From a virus (Duplodnaviria > Caudoviricetes), in IMG/VR virus record IMGVR_UViG_2915650412_000004, positions 11,383 through 75,382 of that record: a stretch of 64,000 nt of DNA, one strand, 5' to 3'. Of this stretch, positions 26,879 to 35,951 are shown piece after piece. The notes beneath the pieces were generated by a model, which saw only the letters and a list, made by a program, of their open reading frames with translations, made no database searches and was not told the DNA's origin. Numbering within the stretch: position 1 is the first letter of the stretch; every line of letters starts with the position of its first letter. The position numbers were made by a program, and so were the translations under genes.

Positions 26879-29084
26879 ACCCGCCCTCTATGCTCGTATG
26901 GAAATGCGCGTGAAAGATGCCGAGAAGCAACTGGCGAAGTTCAGTCAGCGACTCGACCAATCGGCCGGCAGCATGGAGCGGCGATGGAGCCGTGCCTCCA
27001 AAAACATGCAGACGTCAATGTCAAAGGCATTCGGCGGCAGCAGTTTGGCGAAGGGCATTTTTGCGGGCGTTTCGGCTGCGGGCGCAAAAGAACTGATTGA
27101 CGCCGCTATCCGTATCGAGAATGCGTTGAAAGTGGCCGGCCTGTCTGGCCAGCAATTGAATGACGTATATGACCGCCTGTTTCAGAGTGCGACCAAAAAC
27201 GCAGCGCCACTTGAAACACTGGTCACGCTGTACGGCCGCGTTTCCTTGGTCCAAAAGAACCTCGGTGCATCGACCGAAGATCTTTTGAAATTCACCGATA
27301 GTATCGCCATGGCGCTACGGGTGGCAGGCACTAGCCCGGAACAGGCCAGCGGCGCTTTGCTCCAGCTTTCGCAGGCTCTCGGCAGCGGGACGGTGAGAGC
27401 AGAAGAATTCAATTCTATGATGGAAGGCGGTTTGCCGATCCTTCAAGCCGCGGCAGCGGGCATCAAAGAGGCTGGCGGCGATGTCGCGAAGTTGCGCAAC
27501 ATCATGCTGGACGGTGAATTATCTTCAAAGGCGCTCTTCAAAGGCATTGAGGCCGGAACGCCCATTCTGGAAGAGCGGCTCGCGGGCGCTGTTCTGACAA
27601 TTGATCAGCGCATGACGAATCTGAAAACGGCGCTGGTCGATGCGGCGAAGCGCTTTAATAACTCGACGGAGGCAGCCAATACCTTCGGCACCGCCATCGA
27701 CAATACCGCTGCGTTTATCAACAATATCAACTTTGAGACGTTCATCTCCAAGATAAATCAGGTTGTGGAGGCTTTTGCCAGAGGCCAGGCGGCTGCCAAT
27801 AACTTTGCCAATGACGTTGGCGCGGCTCTCGGTCTGGATAATATCGGCAAGTTGCTAACCGGCGGCGAAGCGCAGAAGAGCTTCCTTGGTGGTGCGTTGA
27901 CGATTACGTCATCGAAAGTTATTCAAGACCGCATTACCGATGCATTCAAGGGCGGTGCAGTCGAGGGCAGTGCCGAAATGGACAAGGTTCTGCGCGAGAA
28001 GTACGGGAAAGGCGCCCGCCTTAAGCCAGAAAGTACAAACCCCGGCACCACTGCGCAATTCACCCCAGTATCCATCAAGGATTTCCCCGCAGACGGTGCC
28101 GGCAAGGATAAGAAGAAGAAAAGCGGCAGCAAAACCCACGCCAAAACCGCTGACCAGCAGATCGATAGCGACATTCAGTCGGTCCGCGATCGAATTGCAG
28201 CGATGCAGCTTGAAACGCAGCTTGTAGGCAAGTCGTATCAGGAGCAGGAAAAGCGGCGTATGTCGCTGGAGCTGGAGCAGGCAGCACTCGCCAAGCTTCG
28301 TGACGAGGCGATCAAGAAAGGTCAGACTGACCTTTCGAATATCAAGATTTCAGAAGAAACACGCGGCAAGATTGACGCTGTGTCCGAGGCTTATGCAAGG
28401 CAAGCAGAAGAACTTCGCCGAGTTCAAGACCAGCAAGACCGAGCAGAGCAGGCGGCAGACGATTTCTACGATACGTTCAAAAGCAGCACGGTGGGCGCAA
28501 TTACCGGCGCTAATAGCCTTGCCGACGCATTGCAGAACATTGCGAATAAGCTGGCAGACCTCTTCTTGAGTGCAGGTTTCGATGCCTTGTTTAAGCCATC
28601 TTCTGGCGGGGTCGGAGGCGGTGCCTTCGGAAGTATATTCAGCGGGCTGGGCAAGCTCATCGGCTTTGACAGCGGCGGCTACACGGGCCCCGGTGGCGTT
28701 AAGCAGCCAGCAGGCGTCGTTCACAAAGGTGAGGTCGTATGGTCCCAAGATGACATTCGCCGCGCCGGAGGCGTCGGTAAGGTCGAAGCCATGCGTCGCG
28801 GCCTTGCTGGTTACGAGCGGGGCGGGGCGGTGAGTATGCCTTCACTATCGGCACCGCGTATGCCCGACCTTTCGCGCATCACGAACAACAGTAATAGCAC
28901 GGTCAACAGCGCGCCTGTGATTAACGTGACTGTGAATGGGGCTACTGGCGATAAGGAAATTGAGGCTCGCGCTTTCTCTGGCGCCCAGAGAGCGATCATG
29001 CAGTGGCAAAAAACGCCGTATTTCGCCCAAGCCGTTGCTGGCGGCGTTAAACAGGCAAATAAGCGCGGGATGCTACCCCGCTAA
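26868..29084 (+). CDS. Satellite tape measure protein (738 aa)
   Basis: LLQLSQALGSGTVRAEEFNS tape-measure domain; GFDSGGYTG...AGVVHKGE motif. Confidence 0.9.
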   Translation: MASEPALYARMEMRVKDAEKQLAKFSQRLDQSAGSMERRWSRASKNMQTSMSKAFGGSSLAKGIFAGVSAAGAKELIDAAIRIENALKVAGLSGQQLNDVYDRLFQSATKNAAPLETLVTLYGRVSLVQKNLGASTEDLLKFTDSIAMALRVAGTSPEQASGALLQLSQALGSGTVRAEEFNSMMEGGLPILQAAAAGIKEAGGDVAKLRNIMLDGELSSKALFKGIEAGTPILEERLAGAVLTIDQRMTNLKTALVDAAKRFNNSTEAANTFGTAIDNTAAFINNINFETFISKINQVVEAFARGQAAANNFANDVGAALGLDNIGKLLTGGEAQKSFLGGALTITSSKVIQDRITDAFKGGAVEGSAEMDKVLREKYGKGARLKPESTNPGTTAQFTPVSIKDFPADGAGKDKKKKSGSKTHAKTADQQIDSDIQSVRDRIAAMQLETQLVGKSYQEQEKRRMSLELEQAALAKLRDEAIKKGQTDLSNIKISEETRGKIDAVSEAYARQAEELRRVQDQQDRAEQAADDFYDTFKSSTVGAITGANSLADALQNIANKLADLFLSAGFDALFKPSSGGVGGGAFGSIFSGLGKLIGFDSGGYTGPGGVKQPAGVVHKGEVVWSQDDIRRAGGVGKVEAMRRGLAGYERGGAVSMPSLSAPRMPDLSRITNNSNSTVNSAPVINVTVNGATGDKEIEARAFSGAQRAIMQWQKTPYFAQAVAGGVKQANKRGMLPR

Positions 29085-29151
29085 GCGTATTGGATGCCCT
29101 TCGGGGTGTCCTGTAACCGCCTATTGATATTGATGATTGGCGCCTGTCGCA

Positions 29152-29166
29152 GAACGTGATTGGAAC
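29152..29166 (+). promoter_or_regulatory. Alphaproteobacterial LexA (SOS) box
   Basis: GAAC-GTGATTG-GAAC, overlapping a putative -35 upstream of CTATAT. Confidence 0.6.
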
Positions 29167-29232
29167 AATTCTCAGGCGTTCCTATATAAAACGCTGAACA
29201 TGTATGAAAAATGTACAGGTCAGCTAAGCTTG

Positions 29233-29267
29233 CGTGCTACGAAACGAGACGCGAGTTTCGTAGCACG
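29233..29267. promoter_or_regulatory. Perfect 13-bp inverted repeat (operator or hairpin) upstream of the TA pair
   Basis: CGTGCTACGAAAC-N9-GTTTCGTAGCACG. Confidence 0.55.
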
Positions 29268-29334
29268 TTGCTTAACATTCGTCAATATGTTAAGTGATGG
29301 CATTAACTGAACACCAGACAGAAAGGAACGTGCA

Positions 29335-29529
29335 ATGGCAGTTATCTCAAGCGCGTTCGGTCAGGTGAAATTGACCGATGACGACGCTAAGAAGTTTCGT
29401 AATCAGGTGACATTCGGTAAACCAAAAGCAGCCGCACATGAGACTGTCAAGAAAGGGCGCGAGCTCTTCAAGGAGTTTCAGGGCAAGGGTAAAGTGAAGT
29501 TTACCGTCAAGGCAGCCACGGGGGAATAG
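29335..29529 (+). CDS. Putative antitoxin resembling the toxin-binding half of DUF1778 (AtaR/TacA) antitoxins
   Basis: VKLTDDDAKKF...KPKAA; directly upstream of GNAT. Confidence 0.55.
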   Translation: MAVISSAFGQVKLTDDDAKKFRNQVTFGKPKAAAHETVKKGRELFKEFQGKGKVKFTVKAATGE

Positions 29530-30060
29530 TTGCCGAACGACGAATTCGAAGTTGAACTAAGACTGATAGAGCCCAGTGATAAAGTCACTGGGCTTTCTCT
29601 TGGCAGTGAGGAGTTCACGCCGCTGAAGATGTTTATTCAGCGGAAAGCCAAGGATTATCAGGTCAATAGTTTTGCCAGGACTTATGGTCTGTTTGGCCCT
29701 GAGGCGAAACTGATCGGTTATATCACGCTCATCTGCGGCGAGATCCTGACAAAGACGCCCCAGGACGTGATTCCGCCAGAACAGATCTACGACTACAAAA
29801 CATTTCCATCTGTGAAGATTGCCCGCCTTGCCGTCGACAGACGATATCAGGGCAAGGGACTGGGCGATTATCTGGTTTCTTTTGCGATAGGTGTTGTCAA
29901 GGACGCGATTGCGCCTCACGTCGGTTGTCGTTTCGTCGTTGTTGATTCGAAACAGTCAGCGGTGAGGTTTTATGAGCGTCTCGGCTTCACGCTGCTTGAT
30001 ACAGCTACGAACAGGGCCAACGAACAGCCGGTGATGTATCTCGACATCCTTAAAGCCTGA
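29530..30060 (+). CDS. GNAT acetyltransferase toxin (AtaT/TacT-like)
   Basis: IARLAVDRRYQGKGLG, VGCRFVVVDSK..AVRFYERLGF. Confidence 0.85.
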   Translation: MPNDEFEVELRLIEPSDKVTGLSLGSEEFTPLKMFIQRKAKDYQVNSFARTYGLFGPEAKLIGYITLICGEILTKTPQDVIPPEQIYDYKTFPSVKIARLAVDRRYQGKGLGDYLVSFAIGVVKDAIAPHVGCRFVVVDSKQSAVRFYERLGFTLLDTATNRANEQPVMYLDILKA

Positions 30061-30243
30061 TTAGCGTTGATTTCTCAATGATGCGTTCCTGAGCGCCCGT
30101 CGTAGGGCGTTTCACCCGGGATTCCTGTGAACATCCCCTAGCATCAGGGCGGCGCGGGTTGTGCAGGTGGTCCCTTCCAATCATTCTACCTTGGGGCGAG
30201 ACAGGGAGATAAATGCAACCTAACTCACCAAAGCGAGATCACC

Positions 30244-30474
30244 ATGAATACCATTCCTTACACCGCGTCTCTTTCCTGCGGCACTTGCGGCACAAAGGGC
30301 GTTCGAATTGACGACGATGCGGACGAAAATTCCATCGTTAGATGTAAGAATCCCGACTGCGACACAACTTTCGGCACTTGGGGAGATGTCCGAAAAATGG
30401 TTCGCGAAAAAACGGCGAAGAAAGCCAAGGATGACATCGTTGCATCGCTGAGAAAATCTCTGCGGAAGAGATGA
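30244..30474 (+). CDS. Small Zn-ribbon protein
   Basis: CGTC...CKNPDC, basic tail. Confidence 0.6.
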   Translation: MNTIPYTASLSCGTCGTKGVRIDDDADENSIVRCKNPDCDTTFGTWGDVRKMVREKTAKKAKDDIVASLRKSLRKR

Positions 30475-30548
30475 CGTGCGGCGCCCTTCGGGGCGTCTCA
30501 ACGTCAACTATAGATTGATTATTCCACCGAGAACAATTATTCAACCTC

Positions 30549-31727
30549 TTGGTGGAGGGGCTTGTGAAAAAACTAACAATTCGTTATCGGCGCCGGCTTT
30601 TATATTGGGCTAACAAAAGGTCGCGCAAGAAAAACTCAGGCACGGCCAAATTTGGTTATGTTCTGAGCGCAGATAGATTCGACCAAGTAAGGCTACCGTC
30701 AAACGCGATACAGATGCCGAAAGTGTTTTGTTTAGTGCAAAACACCGAACAAACGCTGTCGTTTCTGGAAAAAACGAGGCAGCGGTTGCTTGCCCCCCCA
30801 TTGTCTGGAACGAGGTCTCTCGCGGCACATGTAACTGGGAAAAGGAAAAATAAATCCGCGCCGCGATGGATAGGCCCTTATGTTGACTTTACAACCATAG
30901 AATTCATCAGCCCAGCCGCGGCTCTGGTGCTTGCTGCGGAATATCACAGGGCTGTTCTACTGAAAGAACAGAGCACGAAGAATATTTCTCGGCTGTTCTT
31001 GGTCGACGTTCATAAATGGAAGGCAAATGTAATAGAGAGCTTGATTGAAGTAGGATTCTTTGAGCTTTTGAAAATCACTGAAGGTGTACAGGCGCCAGAA
31101 GAGGGGGACCGGAAAATTCTAAAACTTCGCAGTGGCAGTCGAAATCAAGCTGATGAAGTGGATGGATTGCTCAATAGTATTGAGGAAATGTTCAGTGGTG
31201 TAGGTTTGAACGCCAACGATGCGTGCTTTGAACTTAACGGCGCATTGGGCGAGGCAATGGAGAATGCAGTCCGTTGTGCCTATCCAACTGAAATTTCTTT
31301 TGGCCGACCTCATGTTTCAAAGTGGTGGATGACAGGATCACTTTCGAAGGCTCAGCGTCAAATGACTGTGGCGATATATGATCAGGGAGTATCTATACCA
31401 GGTTCGCTTAGTAGTTGGCAGCTTTACGGTGGATTCCTAAACCGATTTCTAAGGAAGTTCGGTATGGCAAGAGATAGCGCCGACCCCAGATTTGATGGAG
31501 ATGTCATCGCACTGGCAATCGATGAATCTGTTACGTCTACGGGATTGCAAAAACATGGTAAGGGTTTGGGTCATATAAAGGCTTTTATCGATTCCTGTAG
31601 CGCTGGCAGTCTGTTAATTATAAGTAGGCAGGGAATGTATATATATGAAAAAGGGAAGCCGCCTCTCACGTACAATTTACCGATAAGATTATCAGGTACA
31701 TTGATCCAGTGGAACGTTGTAATTTAA
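30549..31727 (+). CDS. STAS-like plus GHKL (HATPase_c) kinase/ATPase
   Basis: VDFTTIEFISP (STAS-like); EAMENA N-box, DQGVSIP G1, GKGLG G2; start uncertain. Confidence 0.75.
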   Translation: MVEGLVKKLTIRYRRRLLYWANKRSRKKNSGTAKFGYVLSADRFDQVRLPSNAIQMPKVFCLVQNTEQTLSFLEKTRQRLLAPPLSGTRSLAAHVTGKRKNKSAPRWIGPYVDFTTIEFISPAAALVLAAEYHRAVLLKEQSTKNISRLFLVDVHKWKANVIESLIEVGFFELLKITEGVQAPEEGDRKILKLRSGSRNQADEVDGLLNSIEEMFSGVGLNANDACFELNGALGEAMENAVRCAYPTEISFGRPHVSKWWMTGSLSKAQRQMTVAIYDQGVSIPGSLSSWQLYGGFLNRFLRKFGMARDSADPRFDGDVIALAIDESVTSTGLQKHGKGLGHIKAFIDSCSAGSLLIISRQGMYIYEKGKPPLTYNLPIRLSGTLIQWNVVI

Positions 31728-31757
31728 TGGGAGTTAACCTTTAGAAGGTTAAATCAA

Positions 31758-32120
31758 ATGAGCTTGAGAGTCATCGAAGTGCTGGATATTGGAAGAGATT
31801 TTACACTGACGCCTGGTGCTCGGTATAAAAAGCATGGAGATTTTTCTGGCGAAGAATTTCGAACTAAACTTCTGGCTCCTGCTTTGCGGCGTGTAATCAA
31901 TGCCGACGGGGTTCTGAATGTTGTCATTGATACTGTGAAAAGAAGCTATCTGGTTTCTTTTTTAGACGAAGCTTTTGGCGGTTTAATAAGAGACGAAGGC
32001 TTTTCTCTAGAGCAAACAAATCAGCATTTAAATATTGTAAGCTCGAATAAGCGATTCGAGAAATATAGAATACTAGCAAAAAACTATATTCTCCGGGCAT
32101 CTGAAGAGCATGCCAAGTAA
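31758..32120 (+). CDS. Stand-alone STAS-like (DUF4325-type) protein
   Basis: PGARY...SGEEFR...SFLDEAFGGL. Confidence 0.8.
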   Translation: MSLRVIEVLDIGRDFTLTPGARYKKHGDFSGEEFRTKLLAPALRRVINADGVLNVVIDTVKRSYLVSFLDEAFGGLIRDEGFSLEQTNQHLNIVSSNKRFEKYRILAKNYILRASEEHAK

Positions 32121-32595
32121 CATTAGCCCAATTTTGCCAATTGTTAGTTTGCTGAGCGCATTTATAGGAGCCGCCGCTGCACTCTTTGGTCACCGCTGGC
32201 GTTACCGTGCAGATTACCGAAATCATTTGGTTACACAACTTATCACCACAATTACCAATGTTGCGGATCTTTCAACCGATTATTGGCTCATGGAAATACA
32301 TTCTCCAAGCTCTGCTAACGCATTGGAGCAAGCTAAGATCGAGGCAAAAATAGAAGGCTTGGTCGAAAAACTGGACGGCAGTATTGAAATAGTTCGACCG
32401 CACTTGAGCAAAATTGATATGTTGGGAATTGATATTCCTGCATCTAGGTTTGTTGATGCCTTAACCGGTGGTCAGTTCTCTGTGCCAGCTCGTGCTCAAG
32501 ATGCTGAACGTGCAAAAGAGGCACAGGCAGCTGCGGCCTTCTTGATATTGGAGATATCTAAAGCTGCGAATCGTCGAGTACTTGGCATTATGTAG
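32110..32595 (+). CDS. Membrane-anchored hypothetical protein
   Basis: N-terminal TM helix, overlaps the STAS gene. Confidence 0.7.
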   Translation: MPSNISPILPIVSLLSAFIGAAAALFGHRWRYRADYRNHLVTQLITTITNVADLSTDYWLMEIHSPSSANALEQAKIEAKIEGLVEKLDGSIEIVRPHLSKIDMLGIDIPASRFVDALTGGQFSVPARAQDAERAKEAQAAAAFLILEISKAANRRVLGIM

Positions 32596-32721
32596 AAGTT
32601 AATATTGGAAATTCTAGTACTAACTTTAGATAGGCTTTAACCAACACGGTATTACTGACTTGTGCTCTTAAAGCATTCCAGTTCCAACCGATTGCGGAAT
32701 TCAGCTATCGCGGTCATGAAG

Positions 32722-33078
32722 CTACATCGATATGTCGTTAAGCTGCCAGCTATTACCTTCAGGCATATAAGTCACGTCAGCGCGGTATTGAGTTCTCAAT
32801 TTCGCTCCGAACGAGTTTTCAGCATCCACGTAGGCATTTACGGTGTATTTGCACCTATCGCGCTCAACCACGCTCACACCGTCAGAATTCGTGCCCCATG
32901 GGAATGAGGCTGTGGCGGGTGCTTTGAGGCGCTTCTTTACGAATTCCTGAGAGATCACGAAGGCCATGGTCTTTGAACCACATGCGTTCGGGTCTTTTCT
33001 CTTATTCACCTCGCTATACAACCACGCTGCACCGATAATTGTGGCCAGGACTACGATTGCCTTACGTCTTTGCCCCAT
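32722..33078 (-). CDS. Membrane-anchored exported protein
   Basis: N-terminal TM; VDAENSFGA...Y. Confidence 0.7.
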   Translation of the reverse strand: MGQRRKAIVVLATIIGAAWLYSEVNKRKDPNACGSKTMAFVISQEFVKKRLKAPATASFPWGTNSDGVSVVERDRCKYTVNAYVDAENSFGAKLRTQYRADVTYMPEGNSWQLNDISM

Positions 33079-33178
33079 GAAATCCCCCGGTTGAACGGGC
33101 TTTCCATAGCATAGGCAAGCCTTGCCCCGAAAGGGGAGACTTTAACTTGAATTTTACGATGATTTCGGTAAGGGTATT

Positions 33179-33480
33179 CGCGGAGCCTGAGAACTCCCGA
33201 AGCCGTCCCTTGCCGGGGATGGGCTTCATCCGCGATAGGAACAGATCAGCCTTGCCGGGCATGATGTGTTCCGAATTACGACGCGCCCCTTTGCCGTGGG
33301 CGTGACCGGCACACTATTGCCGGGAGTGCCACGGTGCGTCAAGAGGAATCTTGACCTCAATAAAGAAGGCCATGGCGCATGTTCTCGCGGACATGTTCTC
33401 AGACTCCCGGCGCCAGTGCTGATCACTGGTTCACCCGACACGAAAGCCCTGAGAAGCGGACGTGTTCGGTTTTACCGCGA
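33179..33480 (+). promoter_or_regulatory. Structured leader with mutually complementary segments (c4/CI-like riboregulator candidate)
   Basis: CTGAGAA at ~33187 and ~33449 vs TTCTCAG ~33396; ACTCCCG ~33193 and ~33403 vs CGGGAGT ~33321; outer CGCGGA/TCCGCG stem. Confidence 0.35.
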
Positions 33481-33487
33481 GACCACA

Positions 33488-33757
33488 ATGATTCACCCAG
33501 ATATTGCGCCTGCCATGAGTGCGGGCATTTTCCTACAATTCGTCAGGCGAAGCATCGCGGACGAAATTGAGCGCTTGATTTCCATCCTAGATCAGATCGA
33601 CGGCGACGCCGATCTAGAACCGTCATTGGGCGAATACAGCCCGTTCGGCGTGGATGTTGAATGCGACAATAGCGACCTTGAACCAGATGAAGAGGGCGGC
33701 TTTGACGAAGAGCCATACGACGGCTTTGCCCGCGAGTATTGGGAGGCGCGGGCATGA
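33488..33757 (+). CDS. Acidic hypothetical protein
   Basis: ATG 33488; IERLISILDQIDGDADLEPSLG. Confidence 0.6.
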   Translation: MIHPDIAPAMSAGIFLQFVRRSIADEIERLISILDQIDGDADLEPSLGEYSPFGVDVECDNSDLEPDEEGGFDEEPYDGFAREYWEARA

Positions 33758-33990
33758 GCAGCGTCCACAAAGACAGCAATAGGATTGTGATAGACGGCTA
33801 CAACAGTCTGACAGCGGCTATATTCAGCGAAGATCGAATTTGTATCGAGGTCGATGACGAATCGGCTGGTGATACAGAAACGGGCTTTGGTGCGACAGCC
33901 CGCATTTATCTTTCGCCAGACGAAGCCATTGAACTTGGTTCTTGGTTGATTCAGGCGGGGACGACTGCCGGTAAAGGCGGTGCAGCATGA
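33754..33990 (+). CDS. Hypothetical protein
   Basis: GGGAGG RBS, ATGA coupling. Confidence 0.6.
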   Translation: MSSVHKDSNRIVIDGYNSLTAAIFSEDRICIEVDDESAGDTETGFGATARIYLSPDEAIELGSWLIQAGTTAGKGGAA

Positions 33991-34433
33991 CCGACCTTTG
34001 CCAACTGGAAGCAGCCCTTCACGACATTCGCCGATCAAACCAGATCATGGAAGTCCTGATCGAAAGCGTCTCAAGTAATGTCAAGGCGCTGATGTCGGTA
34101 GCGAATCTCCCTGCCGGGATTACGGCTGACGATAGACTGCTCGAATTTGAGATCAATCGTCAGAGCAGGCATTGTGCCGACGCTGAAACGATCCTCGCAG
34201 GAATGCAGAAGCGTGAACCCGAAACCGCGGCGAATGTGTTCCTCCTCAATTTGAAGCGCACCGACCTACAGGACGGCACCGAAATCATTCTCGCCGGGAA
34301 GCCGCATACCATATCGCGTTCCTTGATAGGTCCCGATTGGTGGGATTGTCGTCAGGACGGCGAACTCATGGCGTCATTCCCCGCCAGACACCTGTTGAAA
34401 CATGCATGGGTGCAGGGTGCCAAGCGTCACTGA
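33987..34433 (+). CDS. Hypothetical protein
   Basis: ATGA coupling in operon. Confidence 0.6.
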   Translation: MTDLCQLEAALHDIRRSNQIMEVLIESVSSNVKALMSVANLPAGITADDRLLEFEINRQSRHCADAETILAGMQKREPETAANVFLLNLKRTDLQDGTEIILAGKPHTISRSLIGPDWWDCRQDGELMASFPARHLLKHAWVQGAKRH

Positions 34434-34531
34434 CAGGGAAATCATTGCCCTTGCTATCCTGATCGGCGTTGTTCTCGCCGGTCAGGGCTTCAACGGAACA
34501 GAACACCTCATTTTACCTTGAAGGAGAGAAC

Positions 34532-34735
34532 ATGACACACGGGGAAGATAAAGCCGACCTGCTTTATGGGGCGCGGCCTATCGCGGATTTTCTAGGAATG
34601 ACCGAGAAGCAGGCACGTCACAGGATTGATGACGGGCATATTCCAACTTTCCGCATTGGCGGCACGATCTGCTCAAGGAAGAGCACCCTGACAAAGTGGC
34701 TAGATGAAATGGAAGCGCAGGAGGCGCGGAAATAA
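34532..34735 (+). CDS. Excisionase-like HTH protein
   Basis: ADLLYGARPIADFL...FRIGGTICSRKSTL; coupled to integrase (TAATG). Confidence 0.8.
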   Translation: MTHGEDKADLLYGARPIADFLGMTEKQARHRIDDGHIPTFRIGGTICSRKSTLTKWLDEMEAQEARK

Positions 34736-35931
34736 TGGCGAGCGTTCGAAAACGCGAGTGGGAATACAACGGCGCTAAAAAAACAGCGTGGGTGGTAAAT
34801 TACACCGATCTGGACGGAAAGCGCCGACTGAAGACATTCGAGAAGAAGAAAGACGCAGATGCTTATCGAGCCAAGGTCGAGGTCGAAGTTGAAGCCGGTT
34901 TGCATACCCCGGCGAGTTCCAAGCGCACAGTCAAGCAGGTTGCCGAGGAATACATCAAGAACTTGGAGTCGCGGTTGGCCGATGGCCGCATCAGCCTCGG
35001 ATATCTGAAATGCTCAAAAAGCCGCATCGACAAGCATGTGGTGCCGTTTTTTGGACAGCGGATGTTCGATGAACTGAGCTTAGCGGACTTTGAGGGCTTC
35101 TATGATCACCTCGTTACCAAGGCCGGCAATGCGCCGTTCACAGCGAAAGAAATAATTGCACAGGTAGCCACTATGGAGAAATTCGCAGCTAAGCGCACGA
35201 TTCCGACGAAATATGCTGCACGAGAAATGGTCGAAGAATTACGCGGGGTCAAAAGAGGAAAGATTGATACCTTCACCCGCGAACAGGCTATCGCCATTCT
35301 TGAAGCTTCTAAGGTGCGCGAACGGCACCGACAAGCGCGCAATCAAAAGCTTATAGAACTCATGGTGCATTTAGCCGCCATATGCGGCATGAGGCTTGGC
35401 GAAATCACTGGATTGAAATTGCCCCACGTTAATCTGGAACGGCGGGTGCTAGAGGTCCGGCACAGTATGCAGCCGAATGGTGAGTTGAAAGCCCCCAAAA
35501 CCAAATCCGGTATACGTGATATACCGATGCCAGACGCAATCCACACCATGTTCAAAGAATGGCTGGAACGTTACTATATCCAAAATGACCGGGAGCTTGT
35601 TTTCCTGACCTATAACGGCGGCCCTATGCATCGTCTCGATATCCACCGGCAATGGGTTGATTTGCTCAAGCGGTCGGGCGTGGGTGAAAATGGTCCGTCA
35701 GGAACACGATATCATTTTCATGCCCTTCGCCATTTTGCTGCCAGCTGGATGGTCGATAACAATCTGCCGGTTACTGATGTGGCTCATATTTTAGGGCACA
35801 GCAAGTTCGATATGACCCTACAAGTTTACGCGCATCCATTGCGTGACCAGCGGGAGCGTCACAATGCAATGCAGAATCTTGCTGCCGGATTGCAGCCGTC
35901 GGCGCGACAAGAGAGCGACAAAGCCGCTTAA
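34735..35931 (+). CDS. int: Tyrosine recombinase/integrase (satellite)
   Basis: GMRLGEI, KTKSG, HALRH, LGHS...T...Y catalytic residues. Confidence 0.95.
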   Translation: MASVRKREWEYNGAKKTAWVVNYTDLDGKRRLKTFEKKKDADAYRAKVEVEVEAGLHTPASSKRTVKQVAEEYIKNLESRLADGRISLGYLKCSKSRIDKHVVPFFGQRMFDELSLADFEGFYDHLVTKAGNAPFTAKEIIAQVATMEKFAAKRTIPTKYAAREMVEELRGVKRGKIDTFTREQAIAILEASKVRERHRQARNQKLIELMVHLAAICGMRLGEITGLKLPHVNLERRVLEVRHSMQPNGELKAPKTKSGIRDIPMPDAIHTMFKEWLERYYIQNDRELVFLTYNGGPMHRLDIHRQWVDLLKRSGVGENGPSGTRYHFHALRHFAASWMVDNNLPVTDVAHILGHSKFDMTLQVYAHPLRDQRERHNAMQNLAAGLQPSARQESDKAA

Positions 35932-35951
35932 ATCGCTGATTTCATTGGCAC

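Noticed and set aside
33380-33398. GTTC...GTTC as a LexA box
   Set aside because: Spacer is 10 nt, not 7
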